A stretch of 63,818 nucleotides of DNA, filler included, from Octopus bimaculoides (GCF_001194135.2; 7 parts of 7 records of this genome joined end to end with filler, not necessarily neighbours in it), one strand, 5' to 3'. Counted from the first letter of the whole stretch, positions 49,350 through 61,744 are shown. The notes: generated by a model not told the origin, from the sequence alone. Program-made: numbers and translations.

Positions 49350-49532
49350 AATACAATGTACATTTAAATACATAAGAGGCGTCCATCATAGGATTCCTTG
49401 CAAAAATGTTTTTATTTTTCATTCTCTTCGAAGTTTTATCCCTAAATAGAGGTTTGGAATTTAGCTGTTCTTTCTAGCATGCAAGGAATCCTATGATGGA
49501 TACCTCCTATGTGTTTAAATGTACATCGTATT
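49350..49532. repeat. 183-bp inverted repeat with 53-bp arms (probable MITE)
   Basis: AATACAATGTACATTTAAATACATAAGAGGCGTCCATCATAGGATTCCTTGCA (49350-49402) pairs with TGCAAGGAATCCTATGATGGATACCTCCTATGTGTTTAAATGTACATCGTATT (49480-49532), about 5 mismatches. Confidence 0.85.
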
Positions 49533-49680
49533 GAAATGAATAATATATAGTCTATGGACTAAATTATTACACGCTAGGCCACTGGTAGTAGAAATTTCTA
49601 ATATTTCTCTTTACCCTTGATATTATTAATTATATATATATATACATACATACGCTATATATATATATATATATATATAC

Positions 49681-50955
49681 GCTTGTCTGTGATAAAAAAT
49701 ACTCCTCCAGTACAGTTCTGACCTCATCTACAGAATTCATATCTTTTCCGTCCAAATGATTTTGAAGACTGCAGAATGAATGATAATCAGATGGGGAAAT
49801 GTCCGGCAAATATGGTGAGTGGGGCACCGTTTCTCATTCAAACTGTTCCAGCCTTTGGAATGTCATCCTTGCTGTATGTGGCTGAGTATTATCCTGATGG
49901 TAGAACACCTTTCGTCTTGAAACCAAANNNNNNNNNNNNNNNNNNNNNNNNNNNNNNNNNNNNNNNNNNNNNNNNNNNNNNNNNNNNNNNNNNNNNNNNN
50001 NNNNNNNNNNNNNNNNNNNNNNNNNNNNNNNNNNNNNNNNNNNNNNNNNNNNNNNNNNNNNNNNNNNNNNNNNNNNNNNNNNNNNNNNNNNNNNNNNNNN
50101 NNNNNNNNNNNNNNNNNNNNNNNNNNNNNNNNNNNNNNNNNNNNNNNNNNNNNNNNNNNNNNNNNNNNNNNNNNNNNNNNNNNNNNNNNNNNNNNNNNNN
50201 NNNNNNNNNNNNNNNNNNNNNNNNNNNNNNNNNNNNNNNNNNNNNNNNNNNNNNNNNNNNNNNNNNNNNNNNNNNNNNNNNNNNNNNNNNNNNNNNNNNN
50301 NNNNNNNNNNNNNNNNNNNNNNNNNNNNNNNNNNNNNNNNNNNNNNNNNNNNNNNNNNNNNNNNNNNNNNNNNNNNNNNNNNNNNNNNNNNNNNNNNNNN
50401 NNNNNNNTTCATATCCCACCAAACAGATAACAACACCTTATGTGGGTGAAGACCTTCTTTAGCCTGTGGTGCCGATGTTTCTCCTTTCCCTACCGACTGT
50501 CTTCGGCGCTTGACATTTTCATAGAGAACCCATTTCTTGTCACCAGTCACTCTTCGGTCCAAAAAGGGTTCATTCGTGAGATGTGACAGCAAAGAAGAGC
50601 ATACATTCACTCTCGGCATTTAGTTTTGAAAAGTTTGTGAGGAATCCATTGACTCAATTTACTGACTTTTCTGATGGCACACAGGTGTTGATGAATGTTG
50701 GATGACCAAATCCAAGTTTCTCTGCTAGTTCCTCAACAGTTATAATGGGATTTTGTTCCACTAAGGTTTGCAGGACTTCCTCATTGAGCTCTACAGATCT
50801 TCCAGGACAAGGATTCTCTTCTAGGCTGTAGCTTTCGGCTTGGAATTTCTGCACCTACCACTGACACTGGCTTACACTTATTGTCCAGTCGCCATATACC
50901 ATATTAATATTCCTTGCACTTTCCATTGTATTCATACAGCAAAATATGCTCCTTT
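49681..50955 (-). mobile_element. Mariner (D,D34D) transposase pseudogene, both ends truncated
   Basis: MESARNINMVYG..PGRSVELNEEVLQ..VSKLSQWIPHKL..VTGDKKWVLY..KVLLSVWWDM..YHQDNTQPHTA..HSPYLPDISPSDYHSFCSLQNHL..EEYFLSQTS; WVPHEL-like and YSPDLAPSD-like motifs present. Confidence 0.93.
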
Positions 50956-51029
50956 TGTTAAATATTGTTATTGCTTTTATTGAATAAAATTTGTTGAATA
51001 TAGGCCTGCACCTATATTGTATATATAAT

Positions 51030-51440
51030 ATGTGTGTGTGTGTGTGAGTATATATGTATATATATATAGCGATTTATTTATGTATATGTATATATATATG
51101 TGCGTGTGTGTGTGTATGTGTGTGTGTGTGTGTGCGAGTATGTATGTATATATAGCGATTTATTCATGCATATGTATATATGTGTGTGTGTATGTGTATG
51201 TGTGTGTGCGAGTATGTATGTATATATAGCGATTTATTTATGTATATGTATATATATGGGTGTGTGTGTGTGTGTGTGCGAGTATGTATGTATATATAAC
51301 GATTTATTCATGCATATGTATATATGTGTGTGTGTATGTGTATGTGTGTGTATGTGTATGTGTGTGTGCGAGTATGTATGTATATATATAGCGATTTATT
51401 TATGTATATGTATATGTGTGTGTGTGTGTGTGTGTATGTG
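51030..51440. repeat. Minisatellite built from GT/AT microsatellite with a fixed anchor
   Basis: Five units of ~70-90 bp, each containing (C)GAGTAT..GTATATATA(G/A)CGATTTATT(T/C)ATG(T/C)ATATG. Confidence 0.8.
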
Positions 51441-51894
51441 TGTGTATACATATACTACATCAAAGATACATATATATATACATGCTACAAATGCCCTACC
51501 TCAGGGCTGCAATATAATAGACACCTTACTTCAATTATACAGTTTTGCGTCTTTTTAAAAATTACATCATCTGGCTTAAATTATTAAGAACCACCTTCGG
51601 ACTTGATTAATTAAAATTAGCATAATCACCCAGATAAATATGTTTGTAATTACTACTCAGAGTTTCCTCTTAGCCATGTATTTGCGTGCGTGTATAATGC
51701 GCATATTTTTTCGTTTAACTTGGGACAGGGAAAAATGTGTGCACATGAGTTTTTCAAGATGAAATCGTATTTCTTTCTTAATTGAATAAATTCTAGTGAA
51801 GCTTCTTAACATGGATGCTCATACTCTATTTTCTGGCAAATAGATGAACACAGAATATAATGCAAATATTGCTCAGCATAAAAATTAATGTATT

Positions 51895-52325
51895 ATAGGT
51901 GCAGGAGTAGCTGTGTGGTAAGTAGCTTGCTTACCAACCACATGCTTCCGAGTTCAGTCCCACTGCATGGTACCTTGGGTAAGTATCTTCTACTATAGCC
52001 TCGGGCTGACCAAAGCCTTGTGAGTGGATTTGGTAGACGGAAACTGAAAGAAGCCTGTCGTGTATATGCACATATATATATATATGTATGTATGTATATA
52101 TGTGTGTGTGTGTGTCTATGTTTGTCCCCCCCACCATCGCTTGACAACCGATGCTGATGTGTTTACATCCCCGTAACTTAGCGGTTCGGCAAAAGAGAAC
52201 GGTAGAATAAGTACTAGGTTTACAAAAGAATAAGTCCTGGGGTCGATTTGCTCGACTAAAGGCGGTGCTCCAGCATGGCCGTAGTCAAATGACTGAAACA
52301 AGTAAAAGAATAAAAGAATAAGAGA
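51895..52325 (+). mobile_element. SINE family B, full length, partly CpG-decayed
   Basis: ATAGGTGCAGGAGTAGCTGTGTGGTAAGTAGCTTGCTTACC..internal microsatellite..GACTGAAACAAGTAAAAGAATAAAAG. Confidence 0.92.
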
Positions 52326-52669
52326 ATATGGTGTTTTCTTTTCGTTTTATGCCAACTGTTGAAGTCAGCCTGAACATTTTGTATACATAGCAACTGTGTT
52401 GTATGATGTTAGGACAAACTGAAGTATCACATATTTAGAATGCTAGATTAAGGGATTAACTGATTAATTCTAGGATCAATTCGTTGTCAACTTCCTTGAT
52501 CACAGGAGATTGTTTTTGTTTAGATTTTTTCTTTTTTCATTCAATGGTGATACCTTAACAGTATAGCGATGATGATGATGGTAACGGGCACGAGAGAGTG
52601 GACGCAGGCGAGCTATCAGGCGATGACGAGGGCGGGTGAGTGGAAGCAGCGGCATCTGCCGGCCGCAGC

Positions 52670-52875
52670 GGAGATCATGATTGTAAGATTGTGGTTTCAA
52701 TCCCTGGACTGGGCAATGAATTGTGTTCTTGAGCAAAACACTTCATTTCACATTGCTCCAGTTCACTCAGCTGGGAAAAATGAGTAATCCTGTGACAGAT
52801 CGATGTCCCATTCAGGTGGGGAATTTACAAGCCCCTGAAACTGGGAAACCGGCCATTATGAGCCTGACATGGCTT
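52670..52875 (+). mobile_element. tRNA-derived SINE related to 41815-42120, CpG-decayed
   Basis: GTGGTTTCAATCCCTGGACTGGG..TTGAGCAAAACACTTCATTTCACATTGCTCCAGTTCACTCAGCTG. Confidence 0.7.
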
Positions 52876-53829
52876 CTAATAATTAAAAGGTTGTTAGTTA
52901 TGGCTGGTCCGTTAGTGATCATTGGTTTCATACCTGTAATATTCTTAGCAGTATAGATAACTCATCAAACACATTGGCCAGAGGCATATAAGCCCTCTAT
53001 GATAGGAGGTGGAAATATAGTCTTGGTCAAGTAACCCCAAAACAAAATGCTACTGAATCACTATTCTTCTGGAAAAGATGGAGTTATCTCCCCTCGATCA
53101 GCTCCAGTTGCATCTGAAAAGGGTCAGTACATGGACGATTACCATTCACTAGTTGAGAAGTAAGGAGTTCTATGTTTCCAACACAAATTTCATCCATGTT
53201 TTCAACAAGAATTTCCTCTGATGAGAGAGAGCATTGTCTAAATACTTCACTTCTGGAGTTTAAGAAGGTCCCAGGGTCAAACAAGTTATTCAGGATCGTT
53301 GCTCTCTTATTAAGGATCTGCTCCTATTAAGGTATGGTCTGGGTTGTTTCAGAAGAAGTTTGGTGTTTAAAAGACGGGGGTACGCCATACAAAATTAATT
53401 GGAAGCATCTACTCACACACACGCACAAGCACACATACACACACACACACATGATTAATTAAAATCACAGAGAGCCTGGCAGGAATATTAAATTTATTTT
53501 GCCATTTCTCAAGCAGGTAATATCAATATGATTAATGAGTAACACTTCATACAGAGTTGCTAACCTACAATATCGACATTACCTACTTGAAAAGTGGTGA
53601 AATAAATTTTGTATTCCTGCCAGAAAACCCTGGGTAGTTGAATACCACAAGGCTCTCCCTTCCTCTCTCTCTCTCTCTCTGGTTTTTACTTATATCTTCC
53701 CTTGTTTAACTGATCAAGTGCTCTACAACTTGATGAACTTTATAACAAGCGTACACACACACACACATGCACACACACATGCACACACACACACACATAC
53801 ACAAACACGCAATTACATTCATACACAGA

Positions 53830-53844
53830 GATAGATAGAAAGAT

Positions 53845-53907
<63 letters not shown>

Positions 53908-54160
53908 CAGACAGATGGACGGACAGACAGACAGACAGATGGATAGATATATAGATAGATGGGTAGATAGATAAATAGATAGATAGATGGACTGATAGAC
54001 AGACAGATAGATAGATAGACAGAGGGATAGATAGATAGATAGATAATTAGATAGATAGATAGATAGATAGATAGAGAGATAGATAGAGAGATAGAGAGAT
54101 AGAGAGATAGATAGATAGATAGAGAGATAGATGGATAGATAGATAGATATAGATAGCTCA
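53830..54160. repeat. (GATA)n/(GACA)n tetranucleotide tract
   Basis: About 330 bp of degenerate GATA repeats. Confidence 0.95.
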
Positions 54161-54426
54161 AAAGAGAGAGTGAGAGAGAGAGAGAAAGAGATAACTAGAT
54201 AGATGTATGTGTATATATGTGTATATATCGGTGTGTGTGTGTGTGAGTGAATATTTGTTTTATTCTGGTCTGATGTTCAATTCAGAAAAGCACTCAATAC
54301 CCTTGCTAAGATTTTATTCAAAATTACTTCTGAGTAACAAGTTATAACATGAAATTTCTTATCCCCGAGGCCTTGGCGTCATTGAATTTGGTTGACGGAA
54401 ATTTCCGTCATGTGTGTGTATACATG

Positions 54427-54583
54427 AAGTGAATTTTGGAAGAGGGGCTTTGCAAGTCTACCAGACAGATGAAAGAGCATTGTAGAAAATGAAGGAGAAT
54501 ATATTTTAGATTAGAAAAGAACTTTATCTTAATTTTGAAAAATAAAAGAAATATTAAAAAATCCACATTATTTATGGGATGAC

Positions 54584-54589
<6 letters not shown>
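54427..54589 (+). mobile_element. Mariner 3' end with TIR
   Basis: Frameshifted SEFWKRGFASLPDR..KSIVENEGEYILD*, followed by the TIR-like ..CCACATTATTTATGGGATGACCCAA and TA. Confidence 0.85.
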
Positions 54590-54621
<32 letters not shown>

Positions 54622-55441
54622 NNNNNNNNNNNNNNNNNNNNNNNNNNNNNNNNNNNNNNNNNNNNNNNNNNNNNNNNNNNNNNNNNNNNNNNNNNNNNNN
54701 NNNNNNNNNNNNNNNNNNNNNNNNNNNNNNNNNNNNNNNNNNNNNNNNNNNNNNNNNNNNNNNNNNNNNNNNNNNNNNNNNNNNNNNNNNNNNNNNNNNN
54801 NNNNNNNNNNNNNNNNNNNNNNNNNNNNNNNNNNNNNNNNNNNNNNNNNNNNNNNNNNNNNNNNNNNNNNNNNNNNNNNNNNNNNNNNNNNNNNNNNNNN
54901 NNNNNNNNNNNNNNNNNNNNNNNNNNNNNNNNNNNNNNNNNNNNNNNNNNNNNNNNNNNNNNNNNNNNNNNNNNNNNNNNNNNNNNNNNNNNNNNNNNNN
55001 NNNNNNNNNNNNNNNNNNNNNNNNNNNNNNNNNNNNNNNNNNNNNNNNNNNNNNNNNNNNNNNNNNNNNNNNNNNNNNNNNNNNNNNNNNNNNNNNNNNN
55101 NNNNNNNNNNNNNNNNNNNNNNNNNNNNNNNNNNNNNNNNNNNNNNNNNNNNNNNNNNNNNNNNNNNNNNNNNNNNNNNNNNNNNNNNNNNNNNNNNNNN
55201 NNNNNNNNNNNNNNNNNNNNNNNNNNNNNNNNNNNNNNNNNNNNNNNNNNNNNNNNNNNNNNNNNNNNNNNNNNNNNNNNNNNNNNNNNNNNNNNNNNNN
55301 NNNNNNNNNNNNNNNNNNNNNNNNNNNNNNNNNNNNNNNNNNNNNNNNNNNNNNNNNNNNNNNNNNNNNNNNNNNNNNNNNNNNNNNNNNNNNNNNNNNN
55401 NNNNNNNNNNNNNNNNNNNNNNNNNNNNNNNNNNNNNNNNN

Positions 55442-55472
<31 letters not shown>

Positions 55473-56704
55473 ATATATACATACACATGTATATTTCTAT
55501 TATATCATGTTACACTGCATTATATCATATCATATTGTATTATATCACATACGTAAATATAACTACGAAATCTCTTAAATCACACCCCACCTAACTACAC
55601 CCCCATCCACCACGACCCCCATGCGAAACAATAACAATAAAAATAGAAAAGAAAATATAGATAAAAAAATAAAAACCATATCTGGAAATAGGTAAAATAT
55701 AAAAGAAAAGGAGAGAAAGAAAGAAAGAAAAAGAGAGAGAGAAAGGAAGAAAGAAAGAATGGAAGAATGAAAGGAGACATTATAATAGGGTAATCCTAGG
55801 TGGACTATTGTATGCAAAATAGTAAAAACAGGGTGTGTTATGGTTGACCGGAATAACTTTGAACATCGTTCCGCTTTGTGGTCAGCGTTCACCTGGAGCC
55901 TAAACTGACAATATCAAACAGGCTTGTGTATGGATGGAGGTGGTGGTCGTGGTTGGAGCACTTTTGGTCTTGGGTTTGGTTTGTTAGATTAGAGTTGGTG
56001 TGGTCTGGGGATTATTGGGGGTGGGGTGTGGTTGGCGGGACGGAATGTCAGGTGAGGGGGACTGTCAGTGGTGGGGGATTGTGGACNNNNNNNNNNNNNN
56101 NNNNNNNNNNNNNNNNNNNNNNNNNNNNNNNNNNNNNNNNNNNNNNNNNNNNNNNNNNNNNNNNNNNNNNNNNNNNNNNNNNNNNNNNNNNNNNNNNNNN
56201 NNNNNNNNNNNNNNNNNNNNNNNNNNNNNNNNNNNNNNNNNNNNNNNNNNNNNNNNNNNNNNNNNNNNNNNNNNNNNNNNNNNNNNNNNNNNNNNNNNNN
56301 NNNNNNNNNNNNNNNNNNNNNNNNNNNNNNNNNNNNNNNNNNNNNNNNNNNNNNNNNNNNNNNNNNNNNNNNNNNNNNNNNNNNNNNNNNNNNNNNNNNN
56401 NNNNNNNNNNNNNNNNNNNNNNNNNNNNNNNNNNNNNNNNNNNNNNNNNNNNNNNNNNNNNNNNNNNNNNNNNNNNNNNNNNNNNNNNNNNNNNNNNNNN
56501 NNNNNNNNNNNNNNNNNNNNNNNNNNNNNNNNNNNNNNNNNNNNNNNNNNNNNNNNNNNNNNNNNNNNNNNNNNNNNNNNNNNNNNNNNNNNNNNNNNNN
56601 NNNNNNNNNNNNNNNNNNNNNNNNNNNNNNNNNNNNNNNNNNNNNNNNNNNNNNNNNNNNNNNNNNNNNNNNNNNNNNNNNNNNNNNNNNNNNNNNNNNN
56701 NNNN

Positions 56705-57028
56705 TGTGTTGAGAGGAATTCTTTGGGGTTTGGATAATTCACCTTTGGAAACATGGATGTTTTGCTCAACACCCTTAAACAAACCTTATTCAGGGAACTT
56801 TTGAGCAGGATGGGCTACTCAACCTGAAGAAAATTCTAACTGGGCCCCACCTGCAAAGTCATGCACTGTTTATCTTGATATGAGATCACCATGTTGCACA
56901 CATATGGTTGTGATGTATGTACCTGGTGTACCCTTATCAGACGGGTAGACATAATGGGTATACTGGGCTTCATATATTTGTACCCCAGTGTCATTTTGAT
57001 GGCATGCACTGCTCTCTCACTCAATAAT
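56705..57028 (+). mobile_element. Interspersed retroposon family D
   Basis: Continuous into GGGCCCCACCTGCAAAGTCATG..GCACTGCTCTCTCACTCAATAAT, matching 45395-45585. Confidence 0.8.
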
Positions 57029-58269
57029 ATCACAAATACCCCGCCTCCTCTGACAATCAATGCTACCACCGCCACCGCCACCACCACTATCACCACTACA
57101 ATTACCCCTACCTATGTCAGCCAATCTCCACCACTAACTCCACCATCACTACTACAACCTCTGCCACAACTGCCACCAATACCAGATGCAGCAGCAGTAC
57201 CACCACCACCATTGCAACCACGATTATGACCACCACCCTTCAAGATAAGCCAGGTGGGTCAGTTTTGACCTGAGAGTATAGTGGTGAGGGTGGTGGCGGC
57301 GGCAGTGGCAGCAGTGGTGGTGGTGGTGATGGTGGTGGGGGTGATGGTGGTGGTGGTGGTGGTGGAAGGGCCAAGAAAATCACCAAAATAACAATTACTG
57401 CCACAACTAGAACAGCAACAGCAACAACAACATCAAGAATACTCAAATGACAGAAAGAAAACAACAACAACAACAATAACAATAACAGCAACCATGGTGA
57501 TATCACCTCCCCTCCCCTCCGCCAACCACCACCACCACCTCCACCATGACTATCACCACCAACATTAAATGCTCCTAGNNNNNNNNNNNNNNNNNNNNNN
57601 NNNNNNNNNNNNNNNNNNNNNNNNNNNNNNNNNNNNNNNNNNNNNNNNNNNNNNNNNNNNNNNNNNNNNNNNNNNNNNNNNNNNNNNNNNNNNNNNNNNN
57701 NNNNNNNNNNNNNNNNNNNNNNNNNNNNNNNNNNNNNNNNNNNNNNNNNNNNNNNNNNNNNNNNNNNNNNNNNNNNNNNNNNNNNNNNNNNNNNNNNNNN
57801 NNNNNNNNNNNNNNNNNNNNNNNNNNNNNNNNNNNNNNNNNNNNNNNNNNNNNNNNNNNNNNNNNNNNNNNNNNNNNNNNNNNNNNNNNNNNNNNNNNNN
57901 NNNNNNNNNNNNNNNNNNNNNNNNNNNNNNNNNNNNNNNNNNNNNNNNNNNNNNNNNNNNNNNNNNNNNNNNNNNNNNNNNNNNNNNNNNNNNNNNNNNN
58001 NNNNNNNNNNNNNNNNNNNNNNNNNNNNNNNNNNNNNNNNNNNNNNNNNNNNNNNNNNNNNNNNNNNNNNNNNNNNNNNNNNNNNNNNNNNNNNNNNNNN
58101 NNNNNNNNNNNNNNNNNNNNNNNNNNNNNNNNNNNNNNNNNNNNNNNNNNNNNNNNNNNNNNNNNNNNNNNNNNNNNNNNNNNNNNNNNGTGGTGGCCAA
58201 GGCAGGAAGCTTTTAAAGAAAGAAAATAACATTAAAAAAAAACAAGAAACACTAACAAAAAAAAAAAAA

Positions 58270-58395
58270 ATATTGGTCTTGAATTTTAGCACAGGGCCAG
58301 CAATTTTGAGGGGAGGGGGGTAAGTTGATTACATCAACCCCCAGGGATCAACCGGTATTTTTTTTTGATGACCCTGAAAGGATGAAAGGCAAAGT
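58270..58395 (-). mobile_element. SINE family C 3' part, CpG-decayed
   Basis: GTTGATTACATCAACCCC..GACCCTGAAAGGATGAAAGGCAAAG versus intact GTCGATTACATCGACCCC at 62009-62026. Confidence 0.75.
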
Positions 58396-59707
58396 AGTGG
58401 TGGCAGTAGTAGTGGTGGCAGTAGTAGTGGTGGTAGTAGTAGTGGTGGCAGTAGTAGTGGTTGTTGTATTGGTGGTGGTGGTGGTGGTGGTGTTAGTCAT
58501 TGCGATGGTAGTAGTAGCAGTTGGAAAAAAAAATGGAAAAAACCGAAACACGAGGCATGGTGGTCACAGGTGGAAAGCCGTTGATCCCAAGTATACGGAA
58601 GTGCACTGGATCAGGACTGACCTTGGGGCAATGATAAACAACACCAATGCCAAAAACATCAACAACAACAACAACAACAACAATCATATCACAAACACGT
58701 CCACGACCACCACCCCTGAAATCAGACAACCACCCTTCAAAGTAGCCCATGTGGTGGTGGTGGTGGTGGCGGTGATCTTTCTTTTATCTTGGTCATTGCA
58801 CCTCCTTATTCTTTCTCTTTCTTTCTCTCTCTCTCTCTCACACACAAGCACCCACACAAAGACACACACACACACACACACACGCAAACATAAATGCATA
58901 AACACAAACATATACAGACACACACACACACGAACGTAAACACATACACACAGAAACCTAAACGCACACACACAAACAAACATATGCACTTAAACACACA
59001 GACACAGACAAGTGTAAACATATACATGCAGACACTAATATATGCACACACAAACACACATACACACAAAAAGACATAAAGACACACACACAGACATATA
59101 GACACACACACAGCCATACACACACACACACACACACACACCAAATATGAAGACATACAAACATAAACATGCTTACACACAAACACACATATACATTCAT
59201 CAATCCACATGCATACATTTGTCTACTCACACACACATATATACAACCAGCCATACACACATACATTCACACACACTTACACATTCATCCGTTCACACAC
59301 GAAGTCATCAACAACCGCACACACACACACACATAACAACCATCAAAACACACATGTCAAAACACACATACACACACACACAAATACAGCCATTCAGACA
59401 CACACACATGCAACTGTAAAAACACGCACACTACTACACATAAAAATACATCAACCCACACATACATACATCTGTCCATGCACACACACACGTCTACCCA
59501 CACACGCATCTGTTTACCCACTCACCGACACACACACACACACACACACATCCGTCCACACACATACTACACACACACATACAGCCCTCCATGCTGGTCA
59601 CTTACCGNNNNNNNNNNNNNNNNNNNNNNNNNNNNNNNNNNNNNNNNNNNNTTAATTAATTAANNNNNNNNNNNNNNNNNNNNNNNNNNNNNNNNNNNNN
59701 NNNNNNN

Positions 59708-59750
<43 letters not shown>

Positions 59751-61138
59751 TTATGTATGTATGTATGTATGTATGTATGTATATACGTATATTTATGGAT
59801 ATTTTTATTTATATATATATATGTATGTGTGTATTATTATACGTGTATATATATATATGTGTGTGTGCGTATATGTATACATATGTGTGTATTTATTTAT
59901 AGGATGAAAGACAGGCGTATAGATAGATAGATAGTTAGATAGATAGATAGATAGATGGATAGATAGATAGATGGATAGATAGATGGATAGATGGATACAG
60001 ACGCATGTATGAGCATACAAGACATTGGTTTACGTATGTATGAGAGTGTTGCATCGGTCTATTGTATTCTGAATTGTGCGCGCGCGTGTGTGTGCGTGTG
60101 CGTGTGTGTGTGTTCATCACTTTAATTTGGTGAAATGGCAAAAGTGTTGGAAAGTTGAAAGGGAGGCTGGCGATGGATGGGAGGAAGAATTAGAGAAAAA
60201 TAGTGAAAGGGAATGGCATTTTGGAAAATGATGGAGGAGGAGGAGGAGGAGGAGGGAGGGCAGAGGAAGGGTATGGGGGACGGGTAAGGAGAAGTGGGAG
60301 AAGAAAAAAGACGGAGGGAGAGTGGAGGGAAAAGAGAAAGGGAAGAAGAAGAAGAAGAAGAAGAAGAAGAAGAAGAAGAAGNNNNNNNNNNNNNNNNNNN
60401 NNNNNNNNNNNNNNNNNNNNNNNNNNNNNNNNNNNNNNNNNNNNNNNNNNNNNNNNNNNNNNNNNNNNNNNNNNNNNNNNNNNNNNNNNNNNNNNNNNNN
60501 NNNNNNNNNNNNNNNNNNNNNNNNNNNNNNNNNNNNNNNNNNNNNNNNNNNNNNNNNNNNNNNNNNNNNNNNNNNNNNNNNNNNNNNNNNNNNNNNNNNN
60601 NNNNNNNNNNNNNNNNNNNNNNNNNNNNNNNNNNNNNNNNNNNNNNNNNNNNNNNNNNNNNNNNNNNNNNNNNNNNNNNNNNNNNNNNNNNNNNNNNNNN
60701 NNNNNNNNNNNNNNNNNNNNNNNNNNNNNNNNNNNNNNNNNNNNNNNNNNNNNNNNNNNNNNNNNNNNNNNNNNNNNNNNNNNNNNNNNNNNNNNNNNNN
60801 NNNNNNNNNNNNNNNNNNNNNNNNNNNNNNNNNNNNNNNNNNNNNNNNNNNNNNNNNNNNNNNNNNNNNNNNNNNNNNNNNNNNNNNNNNNNNNNNNNNN
60901 NNNNNNNNNNNNNNNNNNNNNNNNNNNNNNNNNNNNNNNNNNNNNNNNNNNNNNNNNNNNNNNNNNNNNNNNNNNNNNNNNNNNNNNNNNNNNNNNNNNN
61001 NNNNNNNNNNNNNNNNNNNNNNNNNNNNNNNNNNNNNNNNNNNNNNNNNNNNNNNNNNNNNNNNNNNNNNNNNNNNNNNNNNNNNNNNNNNNNNNNNNNN
61101 NNNNNNNNNNNNATATTTATATATGTATGTATATATGC

Positions 61139-61234
<96 letters not shown>

Positions 61235-61744
61235 ATATGCATATATATATATATGCATATGCAAACGTACATATATACGTATATACCTACCTACCTACAT
61301 ACATACATACATACATACATACATGCATGCATACATCTCAACCAGGATTAACCATCAATCACACTACGACAGAGATTCGCTGTCCATTTATTTATCTGGA
61401 AATTATATTAATCCATCTTCGTGATGTGATACTGAGATAAAAACAAAGTGAAAAATATGTATTTCAGATAATTCTTGAATTATCCACAGTGGGTTTATAT
61501 TAACGCTTCTGTGCAAAAGCAAAATATATATTTAAATGAAACCCTTAAAAGGACGAAGTTTATACCAACATATACCCATAAGCAGTTAAAGTCATAAGTT
61601 TTTATTTGAAATTAAAATCGTAGAACCGCCATCTGCAAGAAAAACTAATAGTTAAGTTAGTGTTAGAATATCTAATAAAGTGTATATCAAAAGCTACTAA
61701 AAAATATTTCTGGGCTGAGATAAAACTAATTTTAATCTCAAAAT

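Noticed and set aside
49834-50854. SETMAR-like host gene
   Set aside because: No SET domain is present and the transposase is frameshifted and truncated; it is a transposon fossil.
57030-58760. Pro/Thr/Val-rich ORFs (56891-57229, 57240-58292, 58325-58939) resembling mucin or extensin
   Set aside because: Degenerate (ACC)n/(GGT)n/(AAC)n trinucleotide tracts with no splice or domain support.
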